Positions 10,663 through 20,049 are shown, counted from the first letter of the stretch. The stretch is DNA of 56,265 nt from Dehalococcoidia bacterium UBA1123 (GCA_002313895.1 DCAW01000121.1:1-56265), one strand, 5' to 3'. Notes: generated by a model not told the origin, from the letters alone. A program made the numbers and translations.

Positions 10663-11187
10663 TTGGAACGGCCTTTTCCAGACCCAGACCTCAGCCCCAC
10701 CAGCGACCGCGATTACGTCACAAACACAATTTTGCATCTCTCAGACGTCATCCACGGCAACCCCGACGACCGACGTGCATGGTTCTTGCGAGGAAACGCC
10801 TATCTGGACATTGGCGACTTCCACTCCGCCATTTCTGATTATTCCCGCGTCATAGAGCTAGACCCAACCGACAGAATTGCCATGAACAACCGAGGCATCG
10901 CGCACCGGGGGCTGGGAAATCCCGACGCCGCGATCGACGACTATGACCGAGCGCTGGAGTTGGACGCCAACTACCGCGACGCCTATAACAACCGAGGCAT
11001 CGCTGAGGCTGACAAGGACGACCTCGAAGCAGCGATAGAGGATTTCTCGACGGCAATTCGGTTGGACCCAGGCTTCTGGCACGCGTACGGCCAACGTGGG
11101 ATGGTTTTTTGGAAGTTGGGGAGAAGGGCCGAGGCCGAACGGGACTACGCGCTAGCTTCTAAACTGGCCCTAGGCAAGAAACCTTAG
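10663..11187 (+). CDS. tetratricopeptide-repeat protein
   Basis: 174 aa with about four consecutive 34-aa TPR units (A-x-x-D-Y-x-R-A-[IL]-E-L-D-P). TTG start 1 nt after the EVE stop; the start is uncertain. Confidence 0.75.
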   Translation: MERPFPDPDLSPTSDRDYVTNTILHLSDVIHGNPDDRRAWFLRGNAYLDIGDFHSAISDYSRVIELDPTDRIAMNNRGIAHRGLGNPDAAIDDYDRALELDANYRDAYNNRGIAEADKDDLEAAIEDFSTAIRLDPGFWHAYGQRGMVFWKLGRRAEAERDYALASKLALGKKP

Positions 11188-11408
11188 CTGCCGCAGTCCA
11201 AACAATCCTGCATTCGAATCTGCAAGATTCTGTCAGTTGGTGAACGTCACATAATCCTTCTCGTTTTGTTTGAAGACCAATTGTTCTAAACGCTAGTAAA
11301 AACGTCGTCAAACACCTTGACGCGAACATATGTACTGTTTTATTCTTATCCTCGAACCAGAGAATAGTGGAATTTCAAGCCAATTTCAAGATTTGAGGAG
11401 TAGCGAGA

Positions 11409-11771
11409 ATGGGACAACCGGTGGTGCATTGGGAAATTGCGGGCAAGGACGCCGTGAAGCTTCAGGAGTTTTACAGCGGTATTTTTGACTGGAAGGTCAA
11501 TGTTGACGAGGCATTGAATTACGGCATCGTCGAAACACGAGGGCAAGGCGGGATCGACGGCGGCATATTCGCTCCACCCAACGGCGCCGCGCCGTACACC
11601 ATGTTTTATGTCCATGTCGACGACATCCAGAAGTATCTCTACAAGATCGAATCACTCGGCGGAAAAACGATGATGCCGCCAAGGGAAATTCCAGGCGTCG
11701 GTTCTGCGGCCGTTTTCAGCGACCCAGATGGTAACTCAGTGGGTCTGTTCACCGGAGAGACCGTAAGTTAG
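11409..11771 (+). CDS. VOC / glyoxalase-bleomycin-resistance family protein
   Basis: 120 aa. VHWEI...FY..IFDW N-terminus and a DPDGN.VGL C-terminus are typical of the VOC fold. GAGGAG RBS present. Confidence 0.8.
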   Translation: MGQPVVHWEIAGKDAVKLQEFYSGIFDWKVNVDEALNYGIVETRGQGGIDGGIFAPPNGAAPYTMFYVHVDDIQKYLYKIESLGGKTMMPPREIPGVGSAAVFSDPDGNSVGLFTGETVS

Positions 11772-11877
11772 TCCCCCCGGACGAGGAGCCAAGTCAACTC
11801 CTCTCCCCTCATCGTCTATCTCTCTTCTTTCTCAAAGGCGGGGAGATAGACCAATTTGGTTTGTAGGAGGGTTTGTC

Positions 11878-12342
11878 ATGAAGGCGTCAGCCGCGGTGAC
11901 GATTTATGCGCCAATCGACCAGGTCTTCGATTTCATAGCGAATATCGAGAACAACGATCAGTGGATCAACGGCGTGACGGAGCCAGCTTGGACCTCCGTA
12001 TCGGTCATGGAAACCGGCGCGACATTTCAAAGTATGTACACCTATGGCGGCAAAACTCACGAGATCGCATATGAGATAACGGCTCTTGAAACTCCCAGGC
12101 TCATGGCGACGAGATCAACCAGTGGCCCGTTCCCTTTCGACTCAGAGGTCTCTTTGGAGTCAATGGATGACAAGACTCGAATCACGAACACACTGAACGC
12201 CAAAGCTACCAATTGGGGATTGGGATTGTGGTTCACGCTGTTTGGAGTGATGATTCGTCCATTTATGGCCAGACAGCTTCAACGAGAGTTGATGCTTGTC
12301 AAAACCTTGCTAGAGAATCCGGAAGATGCAACGCGGTCCTGA
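11878..12342 (+). CDS. SRPBCC-superfamily (polyketide cyclase/dehydrase-like) protein
   Basis: 154 aa. Size and the pattern (IxAPIDQVFDFIAN...) resemble the START/Bet v1-like ligand-binding fold. AGGAGG RBS present. Confidence 0.6.
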   Translation: MKASAAVTIYAPIDQVFDFIANIENNDQWINGVTEPAWTSVSVMETGATFQSMYTYGGKTHEIAYEITALETPRLMATRSTSGPFPFDSEVSLESMDDKTRITNTLNAKATNWGLGLWFTLFGVMIRPFMARQLQRELMLVKTLLENPEDATRS

Positions 12343-12344
12343 AC

Positions 12345-13937
12345 CTACCAGCCTATGGCCGCGCCGTCGGCACGTGGCTCGCTTCCGCCGGTCAGCACGC
12401 CAGATTCTGGGTCGCGCCGGATTATCTGTCCACTGCCAAAAAAGATGCCGTGAGGCTCGCGTACGGTAATCGGATGGCCTTTGGCTTGCAACCCTTTCAC
12501 AACTTCGGTGGTGACCAGGTCTTCGAGGAATATGCCTTCCTCGAACCGGACACTGAATCTAGGGGCGTTCAGCGCTTCTTGTGGATTTTTGTCGAAGTCG
12601 ACCATATTCGAGATGACCTGAAGGTGTCCCTGAGCCTGCTGCATCGAACCCATGACGCCATACGAAGCCCATAGCTCGTCGTTGCGAGTGACCATGCCTG
12701 GAATCAGCGTGTGGAAAGGCCGTTTCCGGGGGGCTAATGCGTTGGCATGTTCTGGGTCCAAAACAAACGACGAACCGCGATTGTGCAGGGCAATCCCTGT
12801 GGTCGGAACGACCAGGCCCGTGCCGAATCCCATGTAAACACTGTTGATGAATGAGCAAGCGTTGCCGTCGCCGTCGACACAAGTCAGATACACGGTGTCT
12901 GGATGGGATGGCGGCTTGCCGGGAGTGATTACCACCTGCGCGCGGTTGGGGTCGATCATGGCCCTTCGCGTGGCGGCATATTGCTTGGACAGCAACTCCG
13001 TCGAAGCGACGTTCATGTGCGCCGGATCCGCGATGTATTGCATGGCGTCGCCGAAAGAGAGGCGCATACTTTCGATGAGATGGTGGTATGCGTCAACGCT
13101 CTGGTACCCCATGTCCGCCAGATCGAATCCCTCGGCGATATTGAGCGCCATCAGGGTGTTCAATCCCTGGGTGGGAGGCGGGACTTGCCAGCAGTCGAAT
13201 CCGCGATAGGACGTGCAGCTTGGCTCGACCCATTCGGCGTAGTGGTCGGCCATGTCCTCGGTCGTGATCCAACCGCCCATTTTCTGGACGAAATTAGCTA
13301 TCTTCTCAGCGATAGGGCCATTGTAAAAGGCTTTGGCTCCGCCTTCAGCGACTGTTCGCAGAGTCTCTGCCAGCGTCGGATTCTGGAACACGTCTCCGGG
13401 TTTAGGAGGCTTGCCGTTGAGCAGCATCTCAGGGCCACCTGGCCCTCCTTCCAGACGGTATGCCGAGAAATCCCAGTGCCGCGAGATGATCTCTGAGACG
13501 GGGAATCCGTCCTCCGCGTATTCGATGGCAGGCTTCAAAACGTCAGCCAGTCCCATATTCCCGTAACGGTCTATGATGGCCTGCCACCCGCTGACCGCGC
13601 CGGGCACGGTGATCGCATAAGGACTCTGGTCTGAGATGACATCCATGCCTTGATTGACCAATTCATCCAACGACGCGGCCGCAGCCGAACGGCCGCTGGC
13701 ATTAAGGGCCGTCACCTGCCCGTCATGAGCCATCCGAACCAGAGCAAACATATCACCGCCGACTCCGGTGGATAATGGCTCCACCACGTTCAGCGCGGCG
13801 GCGGTCGCCACTGCCGCATCGACGGCGTTGCCGCCTCCCATGAGAACACGGATTCCAGCCATGGCCCCCAGAGGTTGGGTTGTCGAGACCATCCCGTTTC
13901 GTGCCATGACCGGAGATCGCCGTGAATCAAATTTCAT
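12345..13937 (-). CDS. ggt: gamma-glutamyltransferase-family Ntn hydrolase
   Basis: GGT motifs are present (GGNAVDAAVA, the autoprocessing region PDTVYLT, GSGGS-like C-terminus). I place the start at ATG 13937 (MKFDSRRSP...) rather than 14081, because the longer ORF overlaps the upstream gene. Confidence 0.88.
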   Translation of the reverse strand: MKFDSRRSPVMARNGMVSTTQPLGAMAGIRVLMGGGNAVDAAVATAAALNVVEPLSTGVGGDMFALVRMAHDGQVTALNASGRSAAAASLDELVNQGMDVISDQSPYAITVPGAVSGWQAIIDRYGNMGLADVLKPAIEYAEDGFPVSEIISRHWDFSAYRLEGGPGGPEMLLNGKPPKPGDVFQNPTLAETLRTVAEGGAKAFYNGPIAEKIANFVQKMGGWITTEDMADHYAEWVEPSCTSYRGFDCWQVPPPTQGLNTLMALNIAEGFDLADMGYQSVDAYHHLIESMRLSFGDAMQYIADPAHMNVASTELLSKQYAATRRAMIDPNRAQVVITPGKPPSHPDTVYLTCVDGDGNACSFINSVYMGFGTGLVVPTTGIALHNRGSSFVLDPEHANALAPRKRPFHTLIPGMVTRNDELWASYGVMGSMQQAQGHLQVISNMVDFDKNPQEALNAPRFSVRFEEGIFLEDLVTTEVVKGLQAKGHPITVREPHGIFFGSGQIIRRDPESGVLTGGSEPRADGAAIGW

Positions 13938-13980
13938 TTTGTCCTTAATTTTCAAGAATGCTGGATTCGAGAATATTCCC

Positions 13981-14961
13981 TCAGTCGCGCATATGTCCAA
14001 GCTCCGCCGCGGCCCTGAGTGTCTTGTTAACATCAACCACCAGAGGCCCGTCAGACGACAGCGTGACGCTGGCAGAATCACTGGGTTTTAAGCTTAGCGT
14101 TCGTTCGCCATCGAGCGCGATTGTTGAAGGTCTCAAGGTTACGATGGTGCTGTCCCCGGCATTTAGAGCCTGCCAAGACTTGATTTTCACAGGCAGAACC
14201 ATCCCAGGAGCCACCGGCGCCAATACCGAACCATCGCCATCGCCGAACTCAATGTGAACACCGCCTCCATCTCCGAGTGAAATCGGTTTTAGCTGCGCTC
14301 CGATAGCCGACAAGCCGATGCTCGATGGTTCGGCGCGGCACAGGAACACCTCGTGTAGCGTGCTCATATCCCATATCGCTCGCGCCCCGACGAACCTCTC
14401 GTAGGACACAGCCAGGTCAACCAGCGCGATGTGTTTGACGTCACCGTTTAGTTTGAGTTCCAGCTTGTTGGAACGCGTGGCAACAACTCGGACATCGACC
14501 ACGCCCTGGCTGACCAGTCCTGCCGCCATCCCCGCAACCGTGCCTTCGATCATCGACGGAAATACGTTGTTCGTGCCTGTAGAGATCGGCAATATCGGAA
14601 CTTCGGCCAAGTCCTTAGCTACAGCGCGATTAGTGCCGTCGCCTCCGAGAGTTATCACGCAACCGACGCCACGATCGCGCATATGTGCTGCCGCACGTGT
14701 CGAGTCTTCTTCGGCGTGGAATACCGGTATGTCGATAAATTCAGTTTCGAATTTGAAATTTGAGCCATCCAAAGCGCCACGGCCCAACATCCCAGAGTCC
14801 GGCATGAACAAGACGCTTTCAACGCCAACAGCATCCAGCCCGGCGAGAACGCGCTTGAGAATGTTAATCTTTTCGTTATTAGGAACAAAACGACCCTGAG
14901 CGACAATTCTGCGAATGTCCTTGCCGGCGGCGGGGTTGGCGATTATACCCACTGAGGCCAA
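13981..14961 (-). CDS. ATP-NAD kinase-fold protein, AcoX-like
   Basis: 326 aa with the GGDGT motif (VITLGGDGTNRAV). It lies directly after the E2 gene (3-nt spacer), as AcoX does in acetoin dehydrogenase clusters. TTG start. Confidence 0.7.
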   Translation of the reverse strand: MASVGIIANPAAGKDIRRIVAQGRFVPNNEKINILKRVLAGLDAVGVESVLFMPDSGMLGRGALDGSNFKFETEFIDIPVFHAEEDSTRAAAHMRDRGVGCVITLGGDGTNRAVAKDLAEVPILPISTGTNNVFPSMIEGTVAGMAAGLVSQGVVDVRVVATRSNKLELKLNGDVKHIALVDLAVSYERFVGARAIWDMSTLHEVFLCRAEPSSIGLSAIGAQLKPISLGDGGGVHIEFGDGDGSVLAPVAPGMVLPVKIKSWQALNAGDSTIVTLRPSTIALDGERTLSLKPSDSASVTLSSDGPLVVDVNKTLRAAAELGHMRD

Positions 14962-14964
14962 GCG

Positions 14965-16308
14965 TCAGGCCTCCAGCGCCCTAGCAGCCAGCCATTCCGC
15001 GGACTCCAAGCTGGACTTCAGAGTCCGCATAAATTCGGCCACGGGGACGCCGTCCAGCGCTCGATGATCAAAAGTAACGCTGGCGTGCATGGTTGAGCGC
15101 ACGACGATCTCGCCATCAACAGCGACAGGTTTTTGAGATATTCGTCCGATACCCAAAATCGCCACTTGAGGCGGATCAACCAAGGGCGTGAACACATCTA
15201 TATCGTAGTTCGACAACGATGTTATCGTGAAACCTGCGCCGGTCATGTCCTCGATCGTTAGCGAATTGTCGCGGGTCTTGCCGGCAAGTTCCCGGAGTCG
15301 TTTGGCGATGCCCAGAAGGCTGGCCTGGTCAACACAGTCAACTACCGGGACAACCAGTCCATCAGGCACGGCCATTGCAACGCCGATATTCACGTTTTTC
15401 AAAAGCATCACGGTGTCGTCCTGAAGGTACGCGTTGAGACGCGGATGCTGTTTCAGCGCATCGCCGGTTGCAGCGACAATCATATCCTGGTCCATCGGGC
15501 GCAATCTATCGGATCTCCACTTCGAAACCAAGGTTTCGCGTAGCTTCACAAGTTCTGTGGCGTCGATCTCTGTCGTCAACGTCACCTGCGCCATAGAGCG
15601 AACACTAAGTGACATCCGGTCTGAAATGATCTTGCGAAGGCCGGTGAGAGGAGTAGACTCAGCCACAGCGTCACCGTATGCGCTGGCAGGGTCTGAGGCG
15701 CTCAGCGCATTTTCCACGTCAGCTACCAGCACGCGACCGCCTGGACCTGTGCCTATCACATCGGCAAGATCAATGTTGTGTTGTCGAGCCAATTGCCGGG
15801 CTTTGGGGACAACCTGGCGATTTTCTGCTGAGGACTGTGTGTCACGCGCGGCCATTGCCGCCCTAATGTCGTCCTCGGTAATGCGACCTCGCGGCCCGGT
15901 GCCAGTCACGTTATCAAGATCGATGTCATTGTCTTTTGCAAGGCGGCGCGCGATTGGCGTCACCTGCGCTTTTGAACCGGCCCCTTTGGTCTCCTGTGGA
16001 GCGGCAGCACGACGCCTGCCTGAACCGCCAGCCCTGGGCGAAGCCGATTCGGGTTTTGGGGGATTTTCGTCCGGCGCCCCGATCACAACAACGATGTCGC
16101 CGACCTTCACGACAGTGCCTTCCTCGGACATGATGTGGGCAACCACTCCGGCGGTCGGGGATTCAAGCTCAGAGTTGATCTTGGCGGTCTCAATTTCGAC
16201 AAGAGGTTGACCTGGCTGGACCTCGTCGCCTTCCTTCACCAGCCATTTGACTAACGTGCCATCATCCATGTTCATGCCCCATTGCGGGAGCAATACGTTT
16301 GTAGCCAT
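14965..16308 (-). CDS. dihydrolipoamide acyltransferase (E2) of a 2-oxoacid/acetoin dehydrogenase complex
   Basis: 447 aa. Contains a lipoyl domain (VEIETAKINSELESP), two peripheral-subunit-binding domains, and a catalytic domain with DHRALDG. Confidence 0.92.
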   Translation of the reverse strand: MATNVLLPQWGMNMDDGTLVKWLVKEGDEVQPGQPLVEIETAKINSELESPTAGVVAHIMSEEGTVVKVGDIVVVIGAPDENPPKPESASPRAGGSGRRRAAAPQETKGAGSKAQVTPIARRLAKDNDIDLDNVTGTGPRGRITEDDIRAAMAARDTQSSAENRQVVPKARQLARQHNIDLADVIGTGPGGRVLVADVENALSASDPASAYGDAVAESTPLTGLRKIISDRMSLSVRSMAQVTLTTEIDATELVKLRETLVSKWRSDRLRPMDQDMIVAATGDALKQHPRLNAYLQDDTVMLLKNVNIGVAMAVPDGLVVPVVDCVDQASLLGIAKRLRELAGKTRDNSLTIEDMTGAGFTITSLSNYDIDVFTPLVDPPQVAILGIGRISQKPVAVDGEIVVRSTMHASVTFDHRALDGVPVAEFMRTLKSSLESAEWLAARALEA

Positions 16309-16359
16309 GAGTCACTCCTTGGGGGTCACGATTATTTTATGCCTCATAGAGTTACTCGA

Positions 16360-17322
16360 TCATTCAAGAGCAGCGTTGATCGCGTCGGCGATCTTGTCTT
16401 CGTTGGGATACACCAGATGCTCCAGCGCCGGGCTGAACGGGAAGTGAACGTCCAGGCTTGTGACACGTTGGATGGGCGCCTGCAAGCTCCAGAACCCCTC
16501 TTGGGCGACAATGCTGGAAATTTCCGATGCGACACTGCAACTTTGGTGCGCGGGGTCCACGATGACGAGCCTTCCGGTCTTCTCCACCGAATCCAAAATC
16601 GTTTTGGTGTCCAGAGGAACGATGGTTCGAGGGTCGATGACCTCCACGGATACTCCATCGGCCTCCATTTCCTCAGCCACGGTAATAGTTGGCCTGACGC
16701 TGCCTGCGATGCTCACGACGGTGACGTCGGTTCCTTCACGGATTACCGACGCCTGCCCGAACGGCACGCAAACATCATCATCCGGGACTTCGCCCCGCCA
16801 ACCGGCGAGGTTGTTATCCTCGAAGAACATCACCGGGTCGTTGTCGCGAATGGCAGTCTTGAGCAATCCTCTAGCATCGGCGGGCGAAGCAGGAATCGCT
16901 ATTTTCAGACCAGGGATCCCCATGAACAGAGGATATGGCCGATCAGCGTGATGCGCGGCGACATTATTTCCGTAAATCATACCCCACCTGTACACGATTG
17001 GCAGGCTAACCTGACCGCCAAACATATACCTCATCTTCGCGGCCTGACTTATCAATTGGTCCATTGCCACGTACGCGAAACTGGCGAGCGACGTGACTAT
17101 GGGCCTCATGCCAACCGCCGCCGCGCCAACTGCCGCACCCATGAACCCGGCTTCCGAAAGCGGGGTGTCAATGACTCGATCGTCAAATTCCTGAGAAAGT
17201 CCGCCTGTGACGCCATATATTCCGCCGCGAATGCTCTCGCCCATTAAGAAGACTTTGTCGTCTCTTCTCATCTCTTCTTTGATCGCGAGATTCAACGCGT
17301 CGCTGTATGTCATTTCGGTCAT
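16360..17322 (-). CDS. 2-oxoacid/acetoin dehydrogenase E1 component beta subunit
   Basis: 320 aa with a transketolase-like pyrimidine-binding and C-terminal domain pattern typical of E1 beta. Confidence 0.93.
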   Translation of the reverse strand: MTEMTYSDALNLAIKEEMRRDDKVFLMGESIRGGIYGVTGGLSQEFDDRVIDTPLSEAGFMGAAVGAAAVGMRPIVTSLASFAYVAMDQLISQAAKMRYMFGGQVSLPIVYRWGMIYGNNVAAHHADRPYPLFMGIPGLKIAIPASPADARGLLKTAIRDNDPVMFFEDNNLAGWRGEVPDDDVCVPFGQASVIREGTDVTVVSIAGSVRPTITVAEEMEADGVSVEVIDPRTIVPLDTKTILDSVEKTGRLVIVDPAHQSCSVASEISSIVAQEGFWSLQAPIQRVTSLDVHFPFSPALEHLVYPNEDKIADAINAALE

Positions 17323-17380
17323 GATGTGCCCCTAAGCGTGAGAATGTTTTGAGTTGAGTGTAATAACGAAATCCTCGCGA

Positions 17381-18370
17381 TTAGCGGGCTGGCAGTGGGT
17401 CGGAATAGAGATCGGTGAATAGGTCTTCGGGTTCAGGATATGGGCTCTGACGGGCAAATTCCAGCGCGTCCTCGATGGCCTGTCTTACATCGTTCCTGAC
17501 TGCCTCGATCTCTTCTTGTGTCGCCACTTCTTGTTCGATTAGCCATGCGGAGTGGAGTTTGATGGGGTCGCGTTCTTTCCATCGCGCCACTTCTTCCTCT
17601 GTCCTGTACGGTTCTCGTAAGATGCGGTTCAAACCTTCTGAATGGTCCTCGTAGCGGTATGTTCGGGCTTCCAGGAGAGTCGGTCCACCGCCGTCCCTGG
17701 CCCGTTGGACGGCCTGTACTGTCGCCTCATAAACCGCCATAACGTCCTGGCCATCGACCAGAACTCCAGGCATGTCGTAGGCGACAGCCCGATCCGCAAT
17801 GTTTTCAACTGCCACTGTGTCCCGGTACGACGTTGTCACCGCGTACTGATTGTTCTCGCACAAAAATATGACGGGGAGTTTCCAGACTGAGGCGAGATTC
17901 ATCGCCTCGTGGCATGCTCCCTGGTTGCTTGCCCCGTCTCCGAAGAACGAAACGACAACTCTGTCGTTGTTTTGCATTTTGCTTCCCAGCGCCGCGCCGA
18001 CAGCCACTGGAAGAGCCGACGCAAGAATCCCAGATTCTCCGAGGATGCCGATGTCGAAGTCGGCAAGGTGCATCGAACCGCCTTTGCCTTTGCAGTATCC
18101 CGTCGCTTTGCCAAGGAGTTCCGCCATTGCTCGTCGAACGTCGCCGCCCTTTGAGATCGGGTGACCATGCGAACGGTGGTTGCCGGTGATGTAATCGTCG
18201 TCGCGCAACGCAGTGCATGCCCCGACAGCTACAGCTTCTTCGCCGATGTAAACGTGGGCCATGCCTACCAATTCAGCGCTCTGGACCATGGTTTGGACTG
18301 TTTCGTCGAATCGGCGAATTAGCATCATTCGCCGCAACTGGAGCATGTACAGTTCTTTACCTTCGGGCAT
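17381..18370 (-). CDS. thiamine-diphosphate-dependent 2-oxoacid/acetoin dehydrogenase E1 component alpha subunit
   Basis: 329 aa with the TPP-binding motif FFGDGASNQG...CENNQYA. A GGAGG RBS lies 5 nt upstream. Confidence 0.93.
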   Translation of the reverse strand: MPEGKELYMLQLRRMMLIRRFDETVQTMVQSAELVGMAHVYIGEEAVAVGACTALRDDDYITGNHRSHGHPISKGGDVRRAMAELLGKATGYCKGKGGSMHLADFDIGILGESGILASALPVAVGAALGSKMQNNDRVVVSFFGDGASNQGACHEAMNLASVWKLPVIFLCENNQYAVTTSYRDTVAVENIADRAVAYDMPGVLVDGQDVMAVYEATVQAVQRARDGGGPTLLEARTYRYEDHSEGLNRILREPYRTEEEVARWKERDPIKLHSAWLIEQEVATQEEIEAVRNDVRQAIEDALEFARQSPYPEPEDLFTDLYSDPLPAR

Positions 18371-18413
18371 TTCGGCCTCCGCATCGAAAAGGAGTGATCA
18401 ATCGGTGAGGACG

Positions 18414-18443
18414 ATTATAGCGCCAAAGTTTTGGATTTGTCTG
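18414..18443 (-). promoter_or_regulatory. candidate promoter of the E1alpha operon (CAGACA-18 nt-TATAAT on minus strand)
   Basis: A perfect TATAAT (complement of 18414-18419) with a weak -35 (complement of 18438-18443), about 40 nt upstream of ATG 18370. Sequence match only. Confidence 0.3.
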
Positions 18444-18540
18444 GTTCTGTGACAGGGGAGGTCGGGAGCGGCAATCATAACTAATCGAGAGAGACAGCTG
18501 CCAAAAACTAAAAGATGAGAAATCGATGCTACGCGCTTGG

Positions 18541-19536
18541 TTACTCTTCCATCACGTTTTCCAGGATCCGCAACCGTTTGACCAGACCGGATCTATCCAA
18601 TTCTACGGCGGCTAGGTCCATGCGCCAATCGGTCCATGTGGTCTCACAATCCTGAAGATACTGCTGGGCTGTTGCAATCATTTTCTGTTGTTTAGAGCGG
18701 GTCAGTGACTCGACGGGGCCGACCATGCCGCCTCGTTGACGAGCGCGAACCTCAACAAACACCAGCGTTTCGTCCTGAGACGCAATTATGTCAATCTCGC
18801 CAAGTCGTGTCGAGTAGTTGGTCTCGATGACCCGGTATCCGTGGAATCTCAAGTGTGTGACGACGATCTGCTCGGTATGGCGCCCGATTGTCGCAGCGTC
18901 AGAAGATTCGCCCGATGCTGACTCGCGCACGCGTTTGAAGGTGAGTCTGTGGACCGGCGTCGGCCCGAACTTGGTGATGGCGGTCAAATGCGCGGGCGTC
19001 CCATAGCCTTTATTGTTCGCGAAATCGTACTGCGGATATGCAGAGGCGTATCGAACCATAAGTCGATCGCGTTCAACTTTCGCCGCGATTGACGCCGCCG
19101 CGATTGACAGGGAAATGGCGTCGCCCTTTTTGATGGCCATTTGAGGAAGGTTGATCTCTGGAATCGAGAACGCGTCCAAAAGCAGGTAATGTGGCCGCGA
19201 AGGAATCTTCTCCAAAGCCCGCCGAATCGCCAACCGAGTGGCAGAGGAGATGCCCAGGGAGTCAATTTCCTGAGATGAACTGAAGCCGACGCTCAACGCC
19301 ACCGCTTCGGTCTGGAGTTGATGATATGCCAATTCGCGCTGGGCCGGACTCAGTTTTTTGCTGTCGTTGACAAGACCTACCCAGTCGCCAGAAAGCTTTT
19401 GAGGAAGAATGGCGATCCCTGCGCTGACCGGGCCTGCGAGCGGTCCACGTCCTGCCTCATCAATGCCTGCAACCAACGCGTAACCCTGGGAATGTAACCG
19501 GCGCTCCAGATCGAAGTGAGGCCGGTCGGGAATCAT
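18541..19536 (-). CDS. rnhB: ribonuclease HII fused to a YraN/UPF0102 (PD-(D/E)xK endonuclease-like) domain
   Basis: I place the start at ATG 19536 (MIPDRPHFDLERRLHSQGYALVAGIDEAGRGPLAGPV, the RNase HII active-site motif), which overlaps the DinB stop as ATGA. The C-terminal ~120 aa (GRHTEQIVVTHLRFHGYRVIETNY..LGEIDIIA....LVFVEVRAR) is a YraN-family domain in the same uninterrupted frame. Confidence 0.85.
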   Translation of the reverse strand: MIPDRPHFDLERRLHSQGYALVAGIDEAGRGPLAGPVSAGIAILPQKLSGDWVGLVNDSKKLSPAQRELAYHQLQTEAVALSVGFSSSQEIDSLGISSATRLAIRRALEKIPSRPHYLLLDAFSIPEINLPQMAIKKGDAISLSIAAASIAAKVERDRLMVRYASAYPQYDFANNKGYGTPAHLTAITKFGPTPVHRLTFKRVRESASGESSDAATIGRHTEQIVVTHLRFHGYRVIETNYSTRLGEIDIIASQDETLVFVEVRARQRGGMVGPVESLTRSKQQKMIATAQQYLQDCETTWTDWRMDLAAVELDRSGLVKRLRILENVMEE

Positions 19537-20042
19537 TTGTCGAGTCCGCGCTGTATTCCTCGAATGTAGGCCACCTGGCCGAGGTGCTCGGCTTCCTCGA
19601 TCATCACATGACCCCACATATCCATCAAAGTCACGCCGGGTCTGCGGGGATGAGGCTCGGTGGAAAGGTCCGACTCCGACATTGCATTGAGGAAGGCGTT
19701 CGTGTTTACTCTGACCGCGTCGAAATACTCCAGCATCTGATCCATATCGAAGGTCGGCAGGTCCCGGACTTGCTCTGAGGAATATCCGAATCCGCTTTCC
19801 CGCTCTGGCATGCCAAACCGAGTGTGCCAATCGTCTCGTTGCCATACGGTCGGATTCTGCTGGGCAAATCGCTGGACCCAATCGTCTTCCACTCGAGCCA
19901 TGTGCCAGACGACGAAGTCGATGTGATGGGAGTCGGGCGAAGGCTGGAATCTACGTTCCTCAGGCGTGAGAGTCTCAAGAGATTTCTTTAGCTCTTCCAG
20001 AAATTGGTCGAATCCTTTATGCACAATATCTTTGAAATCCAT
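19533..20042 (-). CDS. DinB-family (DinB_2 four-helix-bundle) protein
   Basis: Conserved His pattern (VVWHMARVED ... WGHVMIEEAEHLGQ). ATG 20042 is preferred over TTG 20063, which would overlap mnmA. Confidence 0.75.
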   Translation of the reverse strand: MDFKDIVHKGFDQFLEELKKSLETLTPEERRFQPSPDSHHIDFVVWHMARVEDDWVQRFAQQNPTVWQRDDWHTRFGMPERESGFGYSSEQVRDLPTFDMDQMLEYFDAVRVNTNAFLNAMSESDLSTEPHPRRPGVTLMDMWGHVMIEEAEHLGQVAYIRGIQRGLDK

Positions 20043-20049
20043 CTGAGAA

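Noticed and set aside
16282-17247. Long ORFs antisense to real genes. Examples: 321 aa at 16282-17247 opposite E1beta, 258 aa at 15434-16210 opposite E2, 244 aa at 53383-54117 opposite the SDR, 212 aa at 38472-39110 opposite AOR, and 201 aa at 1896-2501 opposite valS.
   Set aside because: Each lies fully inside a gene with unmistakable family motifs on the other strand. Their translations are Arg/Ser/Pro/Ala-rich with no recognisable domains. They are typical shadow ORFs of moderately GC-rich DNA.
19537-19881. The 115-aa N-terminal extension of the RNase HII ORF in the track (start at 19881).
   Set aside because: It overlaps the DinB-family gene in another frame, is Arg/Gly/Pro-rich, and the RNase HII homology begins at the ATG at 19536. 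That ATG forms an ATGA stop/start junction with the DinB gene.
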